32,000 bases of DNA from Mycobacterium sp. NS-7484 (GCF_001953975.1 NZ_MBEJ01000127.1:163833-195832); one strand, 5' to 3'; counted from the first letter of the stretch, positions 1-10,386 are shown. Program-made: numbers and translations. Notes: generated by a model from the sequence alone, not told the origin.

Positions 1-2947
1 CTGGTCGGCCGACGCCATGGCCTGGCCGCTTCTCGCGGTGATCGACGAGAACCTCGACCAGCCGTGGCTGCAGGCGGTGGCCACGCACCTGGGCCATTTC
101 GAGATGGGTGACGAGCATGAGCTTCGCCAGGGCCGACGCTACGCGGTGGCCCGACGGTTGGCGGGGTTGTTCGCCTCCTACGCGCGGCAACGCCCGCAAC
201 TGCTTGTCGATTGGGACGGCCTGCCCGCCGACCTGGCGTGGCAGGCCCCGCTGTGGCGGGCACTACTGGAGCGCGTCGACGCCGAGCCGCCGCACGAGAG
301 GCACGCGAAAACCCTTGCCCGCCTGACCGAATCACCCAGCGATCTGCCCGAGCGGTTGTCGCTGTTCGGCCACACCCGCCTGCCGGTCACCGAGATCGAA
401 CTGCTCACCGCGCTGGCCACCCACCACGACCTGCACCTGTGGCTGCCGCATCCCAGCGACGTGCTGTGGCAGTCCCTGAGCGCACACACCGGCCCGCTGC
501 CCCGCCGCCAGGACACCAGCCACCGCGACGTGCAGCATCCGCTGTTGGCCACCCTCGGCCGTGACCTACGGGAGCTGCAGCGGACCCTCCCAGTCCCCGA
601 CAGTGACGAATACCTCAGCAGCACAAGCCATCCCGATACCCTGCTGGGCTGGCTGCAGTCCGATATCGCCGCCAACGCCGTCCGCCCGGCCGGACGCATC
701 CATCGGCGCGACGACCGCTCGGTGCAGGTACACAGCTGCCACGGCCCGGCGCGGCAGATCGAGGTGCTGCGCGAGGTGCTGCTGGGCCTGCTCGCCGACG
801 ATCCGACGCTGGAGCCCCGCGACATCCTGGTGATGTGCCCCGACATCGAGACCTATGCCCCGTTGATCACGGCCGGGTTCGGGCTGGGTGATGTCATCAG
901 AGGTGCGCACCCGGCGCACAAGCTGCGGGTGCGGCTGGCCGATCGCGCGCTGGTGCAGACGAATCCGCTGCTGTCGGTGGCCGCATCGGTGCTGACGCTG
1001 GCCGGTGGGCGGGCCACCGCGAGTGAGGTGCTCAACCTCGCGGAGTCCGCGCCGGTGCGGGCCCGGTTCACCTTCACCGACGACGATCTGGAAGCCGTCA
1101 CCGCGTGGGTGCGGGAAGCCAACATCCGGTGGGGTTTCGACCAGGAGCACCGCCGCCCGTACGGGGTCGAATTCCTGCACAACACCTGGCGTTTCGGCCT
1201 CGACCGGGTATTGGCGGGGGTGGCGATGTCCGACGACTCGCACGCGTGGTTGGGCACCACGCTGCCGCTGGACGACGTCAGCAGCAACCGCGTCGAGCTG
1301 GCCGGCCGGTTCGCCGATTTCGTCGACAAACTGGCGCACACCGTCGGTCAGCTCAGCGGCGTACGTCCCCTGCACGAGTGGTTGACGGCACTGAGCACCG
1401 GGATCGAGGCGTTGGCGTATTCGGACGAGGAGTGGCCCGCCGCCCAGGTGCAACGCGAGTTCGCCGAGATCGAAGAGGCCGTCGGCGCGGCGGCAACCCC
1501 CATGCGGCTCAGTGATGTTCGGGCACTGCTGGATCGGCATCTGGCCGGCCGACCGACGCGGGCCAACTTCCGCACCGGCACGCTGACAGTGTGCACCATG
1601 GTGCCGATGCGCTCGGTGCCGCACCGCGTGGTGTGTCTGGTGGGGCTGGACGACGGCGTCTTCCCGCGGTTGGGTGCGGTCGACGGTGACGACGCGCTGG
1701 CCCGCGATCCACGCACCGGCGAGCGCGACATCCGCTCGGAGGACCGCCAGTTGCTGCTCGACGCCATCGGTGCGGCCACGCAGACGCTCGTCGTCACCTA
1801 CACCGGCGCCAACGAATACTCCGGGCAGGCCCGTCCGCCCGCGGTGCCCCTGGCCGAGCTGATCGACACCCTCAAGATCACCGCCGAGCAACCGGTGGAC
1901 GTCGTCACCACACACCCCTTGCAGCCCTTCGACATTCGAAACGTCACCCTTGGCGCCCTGCTGCCGGAAGGGCCGTTCACGTTCGACCCCACCGCGCTCA
2001 CCGCGGCGCAGGCCAGCGCCGGGCGGCGCGCCGACCGGCCGGCGTTCTTCGCCGAGCCCTTACCGCCACCCGTAGCCGGAGACGTCGCGCTCGAGGATCT
2101 CGTCACCTTCTTCAAGGATCCGGTGAAGGGCTTCTTCCGTGCCCTGGACTACACGTTGCCGTGGGATGTCGACGGCGTCTCGGACGTCATGCCGGTGGAC
2201 ATCGATGCCTTGGAGGAGTGGACGGTCGGCGACCGCATGCTCAGCGACATCCTGCGCGGCATGACCCCGGCCGACGCCCAACAGGCCGAGTGGCGCCGCG
2301 GCACGCTGCCACCGGGGCAGTTGGGTTGGCGGCGGGCGATCGCCCTGCGCGATCGATGTGCCTTGCTGGCCACCGAGGCGCTGCGCTTCCAGACCCACGA
2401 TCCGCACGCCCATGACGTCGACATCGACCTCGGTAGCGGGCGCCGGCTGACCGGCACCGTCTCCCCGGTGTTCGACGACCGGCTTGTATCGGTCACCTAT
2501 TCCAAGCTCGACGGCAAACACCTGCTGCAGTCGTGGATCCCGTTGTTGGCGTTGGCCGCCGGATATCCGGATCGCGACTGGTCGGCGGTGTGCATCGGCC
2601 GGCCGCGCCGCGGTGACACCCCGCGGGTCACCGGGCTGGGGCCCCCGGACAATCCGGTGGAGCTGCTGGCGGATCTGGTGGCGATCTACGATGCGGGCCG
2701 TCGCGAACCGCTGCCGCTGCCCGTCAAGACCTCCTATGCGTGGGCGGCAGCACGCCATGCCGGTGACGATCCGGAGCGTGAAGCCGGATACCGCTGGCGC
2801 ACCGGCAGATTCCCCGGTGAGGACGAGGCACCGGCGCACGTGCGGGCCTGGGGTCGTGGTGCGCCGTTGAGCCGGCTGGTCGGGTTGGGGGAATATTCCG
2901 AGCGGTTGTGGCTGCCGGTCCTTCGCGCCGAAAGGCACGTCCAGTGA
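1..2947 (+). CDS. recC: Exodeoxyribonuclease V gamma chain RecC, 5' end outside the window
   Basis: The frame is open from nt 2, with no stop before the first ATG at 17, so the gene starts upstream of the window; 976 aa are visible. It contains the RecC-like stretch HSCHGPARQIEVLREVLLGLLADDPTLEPRDILVMCPDIETYAPLI. It is followed directly by recB and recD with overlapping stop/start codons. Confidence 0.88.
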   Translation, partial: WSADAMAWPLLAVIDENLDQPWLQAVATHLGHFEMGDEHELRQGRRYAVARRLAGLFASYARQRPQLLVDWDGLPADLAWQAPLWRALLERVDAEPPHERHAKTLARLTESPSDLPERLSLFGHTRLPVTEIELLTALATHHDLHLWLPHPSDVLWQSLSAHTGPLPRRQDTSHRDVQHPLLATLGRDLRELQRTLPVPDSDEYLSSTSHPDTLLGWLQSDIAANAVRPAGRIHRRDDRSVQVHSCHGPARQIEVLREVLLGLLADDPTLEPRDILVMCPDIETYAPLITAGFGLGDVIRGAHPAHKLRVRLADRALVQTNPLLSVAASVLTLAGGRATASEVLNLAESAPVRARFTFTDDDLEAVTAWVREANIRWGFDQEHRRPYGVEFLHNTWRFGLDRVLAGVAMSDDSHAWLGTTLPLDDVSSNRVELAGRFADFVDKLAHTVGQLSGVRPLHEWLTALSTGIEALAYSDEEWPAAQVQREFAEIEEAVGAAATPMRLSDVRALLDRHLAGRPTRANFRTGTLTVCTMVPMRSVPHRVVCLVGLDDGVFPRLGAVDGDDALARDPRTGERDIRSEDRQLLLDAIGAATQTLVVTYTGANEYSGQARPPAVPLAELIDTLKITAEQPVDVVTTHPLQPFDIRNVTLGALLPEGPFTFDPTALTAAQASAGRRADRPAFFAEPLPPPVAGDVALEDLVTFFKDPVKGFFRALDYTLPWDVDGVSDVMPVDIDALEEWTVGDRMLSDILRGMTPADAQQAEWRRGTLPPGQLGWRRAIALRDRCALLATEALRFQTHDPHAHDVDIDLGSGRRLTGTVSPVFDDRLVSVTYSKLDGKHLLQSWIPLLALAAGYPDRDWSAVCIGRPRRGDTPRVTGLGPPDNPVELLADLVAIYDAGRREPLPLPVKTSYAWAAARHAGDDPEREAGYRWRTGRFPGEDEAPAHVRAWGRGAPLSRLVGLGEYSERLWLPVLRAERHVQ

Positions 2948-5900
2948 AGGTTTTCGATCTGCTCGGCCCGCTGCCGCAGCCCAACAGCACCACCGTGCTG
3001 GAGGCCAGCGCGGGCACCGGCAAGACGTTCGCGCTGGCCGGGTTGGTGACGCGGCTGGTGGCCGAAGGCGCAGCGACCCTGGACCAGATGCTGCTCATCA
3101 CGTTCGGCCGGGCGGCCAGCCAGGAGCTGCGGGAGCGGGTCCGAGCACAGATCGTCGCGGCACTGGTGGCGTTGGCCGACCCGACCCGCGCCGACAACGA
3201 CCTGTTGCAGTACCTGGTCGCCGAGGATCAGCAGGCCCGCAGTCAGCGGTTGCGTGACGCCCTGGCCGGTTTCGACGCCGCAACGATCGCGACCACGCAT
3301 CAGTTCTGCCAGATCGTGCTGAAATCCCTTGGCGTGGCCGGGGACAGCGATTCGGGGGTGACGCTGGTCGAGAGCCTGGACGAGTTGGTCTGCGAGATCG
3401 TCGACGATCTGTATCTGGCGCACTTCGGTGCCCAGCGGGACTCGCCGGAGCTGGGGTATGCCGAGGCGCTGCGGCTGGCCCGCGTGGTGGTGGCCAATCC
3501 GGCGACCGAACTGCGGCCCGCCGATCCCGAACCGGAGTCCCCGGCGGCGATCCGGTTGGGATTCGCCCGGGCGGTGTGCGCGGAGTTGGAGATTCGCAAG
3601 CGTCGCCGCGGCGTGCTGGGCTATGACGATCTGCTGACCCGGTTGGCCGACGCGCTCGAACCCGAAGGCTCGGCGGCCCGGGTCCGGATGGCACAGCGTT
3701 GGCCGATCGTGATGGTCGACGAGTTCCAGGACACCGACCCGGTGCAGTGGCAGGTGATCGAGCGGGCGTTCTCGGGACGGTCCACCCTCATCCTGATCGG
3801 TGATCCCAAACAGGCGATCTATGCGTTCCGCGGCGGGGATATCGACACCTACCTGCGGGCGGCGGCCACCGCCGGGGACAAGCAGACCCTGGGCACCAAC
3901 TGGCGCAGTGACAGCGCGCTCGTCGACCGGCTGCAGGGGGTGCTGCGTGGCGCCGAGCTCGGCGGTCCCGACATCGTGGTGCACGATGTGCAGGCGCACC
4001 ATCAGGGTCACCGGCTGGCCGGAGCTCCACACAACGACCCGTTCCGGGTGCGGGTGGTCCCGCGGAAACGCAAGGACGCCAAGGTGATTCCGATCGCCCA
4101 GCTACGCAACCACATCGGCAAGGACCTGGCCGCCGACATCGGCGCCCTGCTGGCCAGTGGGGCAACCTTCGCCGGTGAGAAACTTCAGGCCCGTGACATC
4201 GCGGTGATCGTCGAGACCCACAAGGATGCCCGGGCCTGCCACGCCGCGCTGCTCGACGCCGGCATCCCGGCGGTCTACACCGGCGATTCGGACGTCTTCA
4301 ACTCCGAGGCCGCCGAGGACTGGCTGTATCTGTTGGAAGCCTTCGACCAGCCGCACCGTCCCGGGCTGGTCCGGGCCGCCGCGGCCACGATGTTCTTCGG
4401 CGAGACGGCCGAAACCCTTGCCGCCGGCGGGGATGCGCTCACCGACCGGGTCGCCGAGACGCTACGCACCTGGGCCGGGCATGCCCGGGAACGCGGGGTG
4501 GCGGCGATCTTCGAGGCGGCGCAGCTGGCCGGCATGCGCAAGCGGGTGCTGTCCTGGCAGGGCGGTGAGCGGTTGATGACCGATCTGGCCCACATGACCC
4601 AACTGCTCGGCGACACCGCGCACCGCGAGGGATTCGGGCTGCCCGCGCTGCGGGACTGGTTGCGCACCCAACGTTCCGAGGGCGGCGCGGCCGCCGAGCG
4701 TAACCGGCGTCTGGACAGTGACGCGGCCGCGGTGCAGATCATGACGGTGTGGGTGAGCAAGGGCCTGCAGTTCCCGATCGTGTATCTGCCGTTTGCGTTC
4801 AATCGCTATGTGCCCGAACCAGATCTGGTGCTGTTCCATGACGAGGGGATGCGCTGCCTTCAGGTCGGGGGTCCGGACCCGGCCGTGACGCGGGCCGGGC
4901 GCGCCGAGGCGGCCGCCGACGACAGCCGGTTGACGTATGTGGCGATGACGCGGGCCCAGTCTCAGGTGGTGGCGTGGTGGGCGCCGTCGAACGACGAACC
5001 GAACGGCGGGCTGTCGCGGCTGCTGCGCGGGCGTGCCCCCGGCCAGTCCGCGGTGCCCGATCGGTGTGCCCCGGCCAAGATCTCCGACGACGACGCGCTG
5101 GCCCGGCTGCGGGCTTGGGAGGCCGCGGGCGGTCCGGTGCTGGAGGAATCGGTGATCGACGCGGTGCCGCCCATCCCGCGCCCGGGAATTCCAGATGATC
5201 TGGCGGCCCGGCACTTTCACCGGTCCATCGACACCGCGTGGCGGCGCACGTCGTACTCGGGTCTGCTGCGTGCAGCCGAGGAGGACGGCACCTCCGGGGT
5301 GTCCAGTGAGCCCGAGGTCGCCGAACTCGACGACGAGTCCACCGACCTCGCCGTCGTCGCCCCGGCACAGGGCGCCGACGTGCCGTCGCCGATGGCGGCG
5401 CTGCCGACCGGTGCGGCGTTCGGCTCGCTCGTACACGCCGTGTTGGAGACCGCCGATCCGCTGGCCGCCGATCTGCAAACCGAACTACGGGCCGAGGTGG
5501 AAAGACATGCGGCGCGTTGGCCGGTCGAGGTCGGCACCGACGAGTTGGCTGCCGCGCTGCTGCCCATGCACGACACCCCGTTGGGCCCGTTGGCGCCGGG
5601 CATGACGTTGCGTCAGATCGGCTTACGAGACCGATTGTGCGAAGTGGATTTCGAGTTCCCGATGGCCGGCGGCGACCTGCGCGGCGGCGAGTTCGCGCGA
5701 CTGGCCGACGTGGGGGCGCTGCTCGACGAGCACCTGCCGGCCACGGATCCGATGGCGGTGTATGCCGAGCGGTTGTCGACCGGGCTTCTGGGCCGCCAGC
5801 CGTTGCGCGGGTATCTGTCCGGGTCGGTGGATGTGGTGCTGCGGATCGGGCAACGGTTCGTCGTCGTCGACTACAAGACCAACTGGCTCGGCACCGGGGA

Positions 5901-6198
5901 CACGTCGCTCACCGCGGCCGATTATGGGTGTGAGCGCCTGGTCGAGGCCATGCTGCATTCGGACTACCCGCTGCAAGCCTTGTTGTACAGCGTTGTGCTG
6001 CACCGGTTCCTGAGCTGGCGGTTGCCCGGCTACGATCCGGCGACGCATCTGGGCGGAGTCATGTACCTGTTCGTCCGGGGCATGTGTGGGCCGCAGACAC
6101 CCGTCATAGACGGACACCCGGCCGGGGTGTTCAGCTGGGAACCACCGGCCGCGTTGGTCATCGCCCTCTCGGACCTGCTGGACAAGGGGGCGCGGTGA
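2944..6198 (+). CDS. recB: Exodeoxyribonuclease V beta chain RecB (UvrD-type helicase plus C-terminal nuclease)
   Basis: GTG at 2944 overlaps the recC TGA (GTGA); an in-frame GTG at 2908 is an alternative start. Motifs present: Walker A ASAGTGKTF, VDEFQDTD, and the C-terminal nuclease motif VVVDYKTN. Confidence 0.9.
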   Translation: MKVFDLLGPLPQPNSTTVLEASAGTGKTFALAGLVTRLVAEGAATLDQMLLITFGRAASQELRERVRAQIVAALVALADPTRADNDLLQYLVAEDQQARSQRLRDALAGFDAATIATTHQFCQIVLKSLGVAGDSDSGVTLVESLDELVCEIVDDLYLAHFGAQRDSPELGYAEALRLARVVVANPATELRPADPEPESPAAIRLGFARAVCAELEIRKRRRGVLGYDDLLTRLADALEPEGSAARVRMAQRWPIVMVDEFQDTDPVQWQVIERAFSGRSTLILIGDPKQAIYAFRGGDIDTYLRAAATAGDKQTLGTNWRSDSALVDRLQGVLRGAELGGPDIVVHDVQAHHQGHRLAGAPHNDPFRVRVVPRKRKDAKVIPIAQLRNHIGKDLAADIGALLASGATFAGEKLQARDIAVIVETHKDARACHAALLDAGIPAVYTGDSDVFNSEAAEDWLYLLEAFDQPHRPGLVRAAAATMFFGETAETLAAGGDALTDRVAETLRTWAGHARERGVAAIFEAAQLAGMRKRVLSWQGGERLMTDLAHMTQLLGDTAHREGFGLPALRDWLRTQRSEGGAAAERNRRLDSDAAAVQIMTVWVSKGLQFPIVYLPFAFNRYVPEPDLVLFHDEGMRCLQVGGPDPAVTRAGRAEAAADDSRLTYVAMTRAQSQVVAWWAPSNDEPNGGLSRLLRGRAPGQSAVPDRCAPAKISDDDALARLRAWEAAGGPVLEESVIDAVPPIPRPGIPDDLAARHFHRSIDTAWRRTSYSGLLRAAEEDGTSGVSSEPEVAELDDESTDLAVVAPAQGADVPSPMAALPTGAAFGSLVHAVLETADPLAADLQTELRAEVERHAARWPVEVGTDELAAALLPMHDTPLGPLAPGMTLRQIGLRDRLCEVDFEFPMAGGDLRGGEFARLADVGALLDEHLPATDPMAVYAERLSTGLLGRQPLRGYLSGSVDVVLRIGQRFVVVDYKTNWLGTGDTSLTAADYGCERLVEAMLHSDYPLQALLYSVVLHRFLSWRLPGYDPATHLGGVMYLFVRGMCGPQTPVIDGHPAGVFSWEPPAALVIALSDLLDKGAR

Positions 6199-7859
6199 TG
6201 TTGGAGGCCTTCGCCGAGATCCTGGAACCCGCCGATGTGCAGGTGGCCCAACGGTTGAGCACCCTCGCCGAGGAAACGGACCCTCGGGTCGAGCTGGCTC
6301 TGGCGCTGGCGGTGCGGGCGCTGCGTGGGGGTTCGGTGTGTGTGGATCTGCGCGCGGTCGCGGCCCAGACGCAGCTACCGGAGTTGCCGTGGCCGCCGGT
6401 CGAGGAGTGGCTGGCCGCGGTGGCGGCGAGTCCGCTGCTGGGAACGCCGCCGGTGCTGCGGTTGTTCGGCGATCTGCTGTACCTCGACCGGTACTGGTTG
6501 GAGGAGCAGCAGGTGTGCGACGACGTGTTGGCGTTGATCGGCACACGGCCCGACGGTTCGGTTCCGGATGTGGCACGGCTGTTCCCGGATGGCTTCGAGG
6601 AGCAGCGGGCCGCGGCCAACGTGGCGCTCTCGCAAGGGTTGACGGTGTTGACCGGCGGGCCGGGCACCGGCAAGACCACCACGGTGGCGCGGCTCTTGGC
6701 CCTGTTGGCCGAGCAGGCCGCGTTGGCCGGGCGCCCGTCGTTGCGGATCGCGCTGGCCGCGCCGACCGGTAAGGCCGCGGCCCGGCTGCAGGAGGCCGTG
6801 CAGCTGGAGGTGAACCGACTCGACGCGGTGGACCGTGGGCGCATCGAGGGTCTGCAGGCCACCACATTGCACCGGCTGTTGGGCCCGCGCCCGGACACGT
6901 CGTCCCGGTTTCGTCATCACCGGGCCAATCGGTTGCCGCACGATGTGATCGTGGTCGACGAGACGTCGATGGTGTCGTTGACGATGATGGCCCGGCTGTT
7001 GGAGGCGGTGCGGCCGCAGACTCGTCTGCTACTGGTCGGTGATCCCGATCAGCTGGCCTCGGTGGAGGCCGGGGCGGTGTTGGCCGATCTGGTCGACGGG
7101 CTGGGCTCGCGCGGTGTGGCGGCGCTGCAGACCTCGCACCGGTTCGGTGAGTCGATCGGGGCGCTGGCGTCGGCGATCCGGGCCGGCGACGCTGCGGGTG
7201 CGGTGGCGGTGCTGGCCGCCGGCGGTGAGCATGTCGAGTGGGTGCAGACCGATCCGCTCGAGCGGTTGCGGGAAGTGCTTGTGCCGCAGGCCCTTGCGTT
7301 GCGTCAGGCGGCGATCCTCGGTGACGGGCGGGTTGCCCTGGAGATTCTCGACGAGCACCGGTTGTTGTGTGCGCATCGGCACGGGCCCTACGGCGTCACG
7401 CACTGGAACCGGCAGGTGCAGCGGTGGCTGGCCGAGGCGACCGGGGAGCCGACGTGGGCGCAGTGGTACGTCGGCCGGCCGATCCTGGTGACCGCCAACG
7501 ACTATGGGCTCAAGCTCTACAACGGCGACACCGGCGTCACCGTCGCCACGCCGGACGGCCTTCGGGCCATCGTGGGTGGGACTGTGGGCGGATCCACTTC
7601 ATTTGCCACCGGCCGGCTGACCGAGGTGGAGACCATGCACGCCATGACCATCCACAAGTCCCAGGGCAGCCAGGCCGATGAGGTCACCGTGCTGTTGCCG
7701 TCCGAGGACTCTCGGTTGTTGACGCGAGAGTTGTTCTACACCGCGGTCACCCGGGCCAAAACCCGGGTGCGCGTGGTGGGGTCCGAGGCGGAAATCCGTG
7801 CGGCGATCGCCCGGCAGGCCGTCCGTGCGACGGGCCTGCGCAAGCGGTTGAAGCCTTAA
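6198..7859 (+). CDS. recD: Exodeoxyribonuclease V alpha chain RecD
   Basis: ATG at 6198 shares one base with the recB TGA (6196-6198); GTG at 6195 is an alternative start. SF1 helicase motifs present: GGPGTGKTT, VVDETSMV, IHKSQGSQ. Confidence 0.9.
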   Translation: MLEAFAEILEPADVQVAQRLSTLAEETDPRVELALALAVRALRGGSVCVDLRAVAAQTQLPELPWPPVEEWLAAVAASPLLGTPPVLRLFGDLLYLDRYWLEEQQVCDDVLALIGTRPDGSVPDVARLFPDGFEEQRAAANVALSQGLTVLTGGPGTGKTTTVARLLALLAEQAALAGRPSLRIALAAPTGKAAARLQEAVQLEVNRLDAVDRGRIEGLQATTLHRLLGPRPDTSSRFRHHRANRLPHDVIVVDETSMVSLTMMARLLEAVRPQTRLLLVGDPDQLASVEAGAVLADLVDGLGSRGVAALQTSHRFGESIGALASAIRAGDAAGAVAVLAAGGEHVEWVQTDPLERLREVLVPQALALRQAAILGDGRVALEILDEHRLLCAHRHGPYGVTHWNRQVQRWLAEATGEPTWAQWYVGRPILVTANDYGLKLYNGDTGVTVATPDGLRAIVGGTVGGSTSFATGRLTEVETMHAMTIHKSQGSQADEVTVLLPSEDSRLLTRELFYTAVTRAKTRVRVVGSEAEIRAAIARQAVRATGLRKRLKP

Positions 7860-8005
7860 ACCGCCCGGCCGGCGAAAAACGCGCCGGAGACAAGGCCGAT
7901 GACGATGGCAAGCGTGGGCAAGCCCATGGCCACGGCCGTCACAACGCCGGCGACCGCGCCGATGCCGAGCATCAGCAAAAGCACACCTACAACTGCACTG
8001 AACAT
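7856..8005 (-). CDS. Small hydrophobic protein (49 aa), hypothetical
   Basis: Not in the ORF track because it is under 60 aa. ATG at 8005 to TAA at 7856-7858 encodes MFSAVVGVLLLMLGIGAVAGVVTAVAMGLPTLAIVIGLVSGAFFAGRAV. The peptide could form two TM-like hydrophobic stretches and the codons mostly end in G/C. AAAGGG lies about 9 nt upstream of the ATG. Its stop overlaps the recD stop within TTAA. Confidence 0.35.
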   Translation of the reverse strand: MFSAVVGVLLLMLGIGAVAGVVTAVAMGLPTLAIVIGLVSGAFFAGRAV

Positions 8006-8166
8006 TGCGCATCGCCCTTTCTATGACAGCGATCACAATGTACATCTTCCGTGGGCTGAATCACACATAGATGAGACACCGGTTGGTTAACAATTTTTCC
8101 GCAAAATGTATAGCTGAGCTTGCTATATGCCTCTATCAGCGCAACCGAGCGAACCTGGTCAGAACG

Positions 8167-8592
8167 CTATCCGGCGCCCGAGACGTTCAAGGCGACGATC
8201 ACCAGAGTGGTCATGGCCGCGAAGCTCAGCATCGAGACGGCGAAGGCCCGTCCCCACCGGCGCCTGGGGGCGACGAACGGCAACACAAACGTCCAAATCA
8301 GCCCCAGCGGTAGGTAGGCGATGATGCCGAACACGATCCCGTAGCCGTGCGGATCGGAGGCCGGGTCCGTCGAGAACGCCGAACTCAACATCACGAAGAC
8401 GATCAACGCCCACAGCGCCGCGGCCCCGCCGCCGATCACCCCGGCCACGCAGCGGATGACCACCGTGGTGGCGTCGTGCCGGCTGTCAGGCGGCCGAACG
8501 TAGGCCTGGGGTCCGTACCGGTCGACCCACTCGTGTGGGTACTCCTCGGGCGGCATCTCCCCCACGGCAATCTCCCGGTTCGGTGTTGCCAT
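8167..8592 (-). CDS. Integral membrane protein, hypothetical (141 aa)
   Basis: ATG start, strong G/C third-position bias, and three or four hydrophobic segments (VVIRCVAGVIGGGAAALWALIVFVML, YGIVFGIIAYLPLGLIWTFVLPFV, AVSMLSFAAMTTLVIVAL). It lies 15 nt downstream of the hydrolase gene, so the two are probably an operon. Confidence 0.55.
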   Translation of the reverse strand: MATPNREIAVGEMPPEEYPHEWVDRYGPQAYVRPPDSRHDATTVVIRCVAGVIGGGAAALWALIVFVMLSSAFSTDPASDPHGYGIVFGIIAYLPLGLIWTFVLPFVAPRRRWGRAFAVSMLSFAAMTTLVIVALNVSGAG

Positions 8593-8607
8593 CAGGATAT
8601 GGGCGCG

Positions 8608-10386
8608 TCAAACGGCGATCGTGACGGACCGTCCGGCCAACGGTTCGTACACCGCGAATTGAAAGAGGAAATCGAGGATCGGGTCTACCAGTCCGTCCCA
8701 CGGCGTCGCCTGCACCGAGTCGGTCGAGGTGAACGGCAACACCACGGCGGTGGCCGTACCGGACGGGGTCGGGATGTCGATGCGCTGTTGCGGTGCGCCG
8801 TAGACGCCGTCGTGGGTGCCGTCGTACATGTCGTTGATCCACCCGGCGGAGATCGTCTTGACCGCGTCGATGTTCTGCGGCTGCGAGAAGCCGGCGATCA
8901 CATACTCGGCGAATTGCAGGATCGGGTTGGCGCCCTGCAATCCGTCGATGTGACGGCCACCGACCAGCATGACGCCGTTGAACTGTCCGGGCCGGGCCGC
9001 CTCCAGTTCGTCCCCGACGGTGCCGTCGAGGTTCCACACGTAGCGCTCGGACGAAATCACCAGCACCGGACGGTAATTGGCGCCGCTGAGCTTGGCCAGT
9101 GCCTCGGGCATGTCCGTGTTGGTGTCCACGGCGTCCAGTAGCACCACCCCGGCCAGGTCGTCGATGGCGCCGTTGTCGACCATGCGGCCGGCAGCGCCGG
9201 TGACCAACATCCCGCCCAGGGAGTGGCCGACCAGGACGACCTTCGACGGCAGCGCGACGGGGTGCCCGGCCGCGGCACTGGCACTCGCGGTGAGTTCGGG
9301 ACGATCGCCGGCGAACAGGTCGGCCACCGACTGCTGCATCGGCTCGCCGCCGATCCATTGGGCGTCGGGGTCGAACAGGTTCGACGACAGGGTGGGGGCG
9401 ACCACGATGCTGTTGGTCTCCTCGGCCAGATAGGCCGCGGTGTAGCTGTACATCGGGCCCGTCGCCATGAATCCGTGCTGCAGGTAGATGACGCCGGTCG
9501 CCGAGTCCGGGTCTTCGGGGAAGTACCAGTCGGCGCGCACCTCGCGGTTGGAGCCCGGCATGGTCAACGTCGAGGAGCGCACCGTGACGGTGCTGCCCGG
9601 CGGGAGCACCGGCGGACCCGAGAACACCTGCAGCGCCGCGCCGACGACGTTGAACACCAACGAGCCGACGATATTGACGATCGGCACCGAAGGCGCCGTC
9701 GCGGCGGCACTGGGGGTGGCGGCCACCATCCGGGCGATCGGTCGCGGGGCCGGAGTATCGGCCGCCCGGGTGGTGATGTCGGTGACGTCAGTGACATCGC
9801 TGACCAGAGCGCGGCTTCGCGTGATGACGCGGTCGACGAGCGCGCTCGCCTCCGCGACCGGCGTGGTCTCGGCCGCGTCGGCAATCTGGGGTGCTGCCTT
9901 CTCGATGGGACGCTCGGTCACGGTGGCCGCCGGTACGGAAACTTCGGGGGTGTCACCCCGCGGCGTGATCTTGGTGCGTGGGAGTGACTGGCGGGCCGTG
10001 ACTTTCGTCGTCCGGTCGGCGATGTCGTGGACCAGTTCTCGCACCTGCTCCGGTGGCGTCAGGATGTCCGTCACCGCCTCGGGCAGCAGCCGACGCGGAC
10101 GCTGACGCACCGGCGCACGGTCGGCCGTGGCGGTCGGTGCCGTCGTCGAGGTGTCGGCATCGCTCTTGACGCGGCGCGGCTTTTCTTTGCGGGGTGCGAC
10201 GCGGGCGGACTTGTCACGTCCGCTCGAGGGTTTGTCGGAGTCGTTGGCGGACTGGCTCGTCGACTTGCCGGCACCGGGCTCGGCATGAGCCATCGGGGCC
10301 GCGACGACCATCAGCCCCATCCAGAGCGCGATCACCAACACGCCCCACCCTGCCGCCAACACTGCAATCCGCCCCGGTTTGATCAC
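8608..10386 (-). CDS. Secreted or membrane-anchored alpha/beta hydrolase (lipase/esterase-like) with a long Pro/Thr/Ala/Arg-rich linker
   Basis: GTG start. The N-terminal signal/anchor is MIKPGRIAVLAAGWGVLVIALWMGLMVVAAPMAHA, followed by about 230 aa of low-complexity sequence. The C-terminal domain carries the serine-hydrolase nucleophile elbow VLVGHSLGG (GxSxG). Confidence 0.7.
   Translation of the reverse strand: MIKPGRIAVLAAGWGVLVIALWMGLMVVAAPMAHAEPGAGKSTSQSANDSDKPSSGRDKSARVAPRKEKPRRVKSDADTSTTAPTATADRAPVRQRPRRLLPEAVTDILTPPEQVRELVHDIADRTTKVTARQSLPRTKITPRGDTPEVSVPAATVTERPIEKAAPQIADAAETTPVAEASALVDRVITRSRALVSDVTDVTDITTRAADTPAPRPIARMVAATPSAAATAPSVPIVNIVGSLVFNVVGAALQVFSGPPVLPPGSTVTVRSSTLTMPGSNREVRADWYFPEDPDSATGVIYLQHGFMATGPMYSYTAAYLAEETNSIVVAPTLSSNLFDPDAQWIGGEPMQQSVADLFAGDRPELTASASAAAGHPVALPSKVVLVGHSLGGMLVTGAAGRMVDNGAIDDLAGVVLLDAVDTNTDMPEALAKLSGANYRPVLVISSERYVWNLDGTVGDELEAARPGQFNGVMLVGGRHIDGLQGANPILQFAEYVIAGFSQPQNIDAVKTISAGWINDMYDGTHDGVYGAPQQRIDIPTPSGTATAVVLPFTSTDSVQATPWDGLVDPILDFLFQFAVYEPLAGRSVTIAV

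Noticed and set aside
178-7403. Many long ORFs on the opposite strand or in alternative frames of recC/recB/recD (for example 566-1915 minus, 2734-4032 minus, 4462-5478 minus, 5623-6867 minus, 6158-6898 minus).
   Set aside because: Their translations are Arg/Pro/Gly/Ala-rich and low-complexity, they carry no motifs, and they lie entirely inside well-supported helicase/nuclease genes. This is the usual stop-codon-poor artefact of high-GC DNA.
7599-8045. A 148-aa minus-strand ORF overlapping the recD 3' end.
   Set aside because: It is antisense to recD over most of its length, has an Arg/His/Gly-rich translation, and is in a different frame from the plausible 49-codon hydrophobic ORF.
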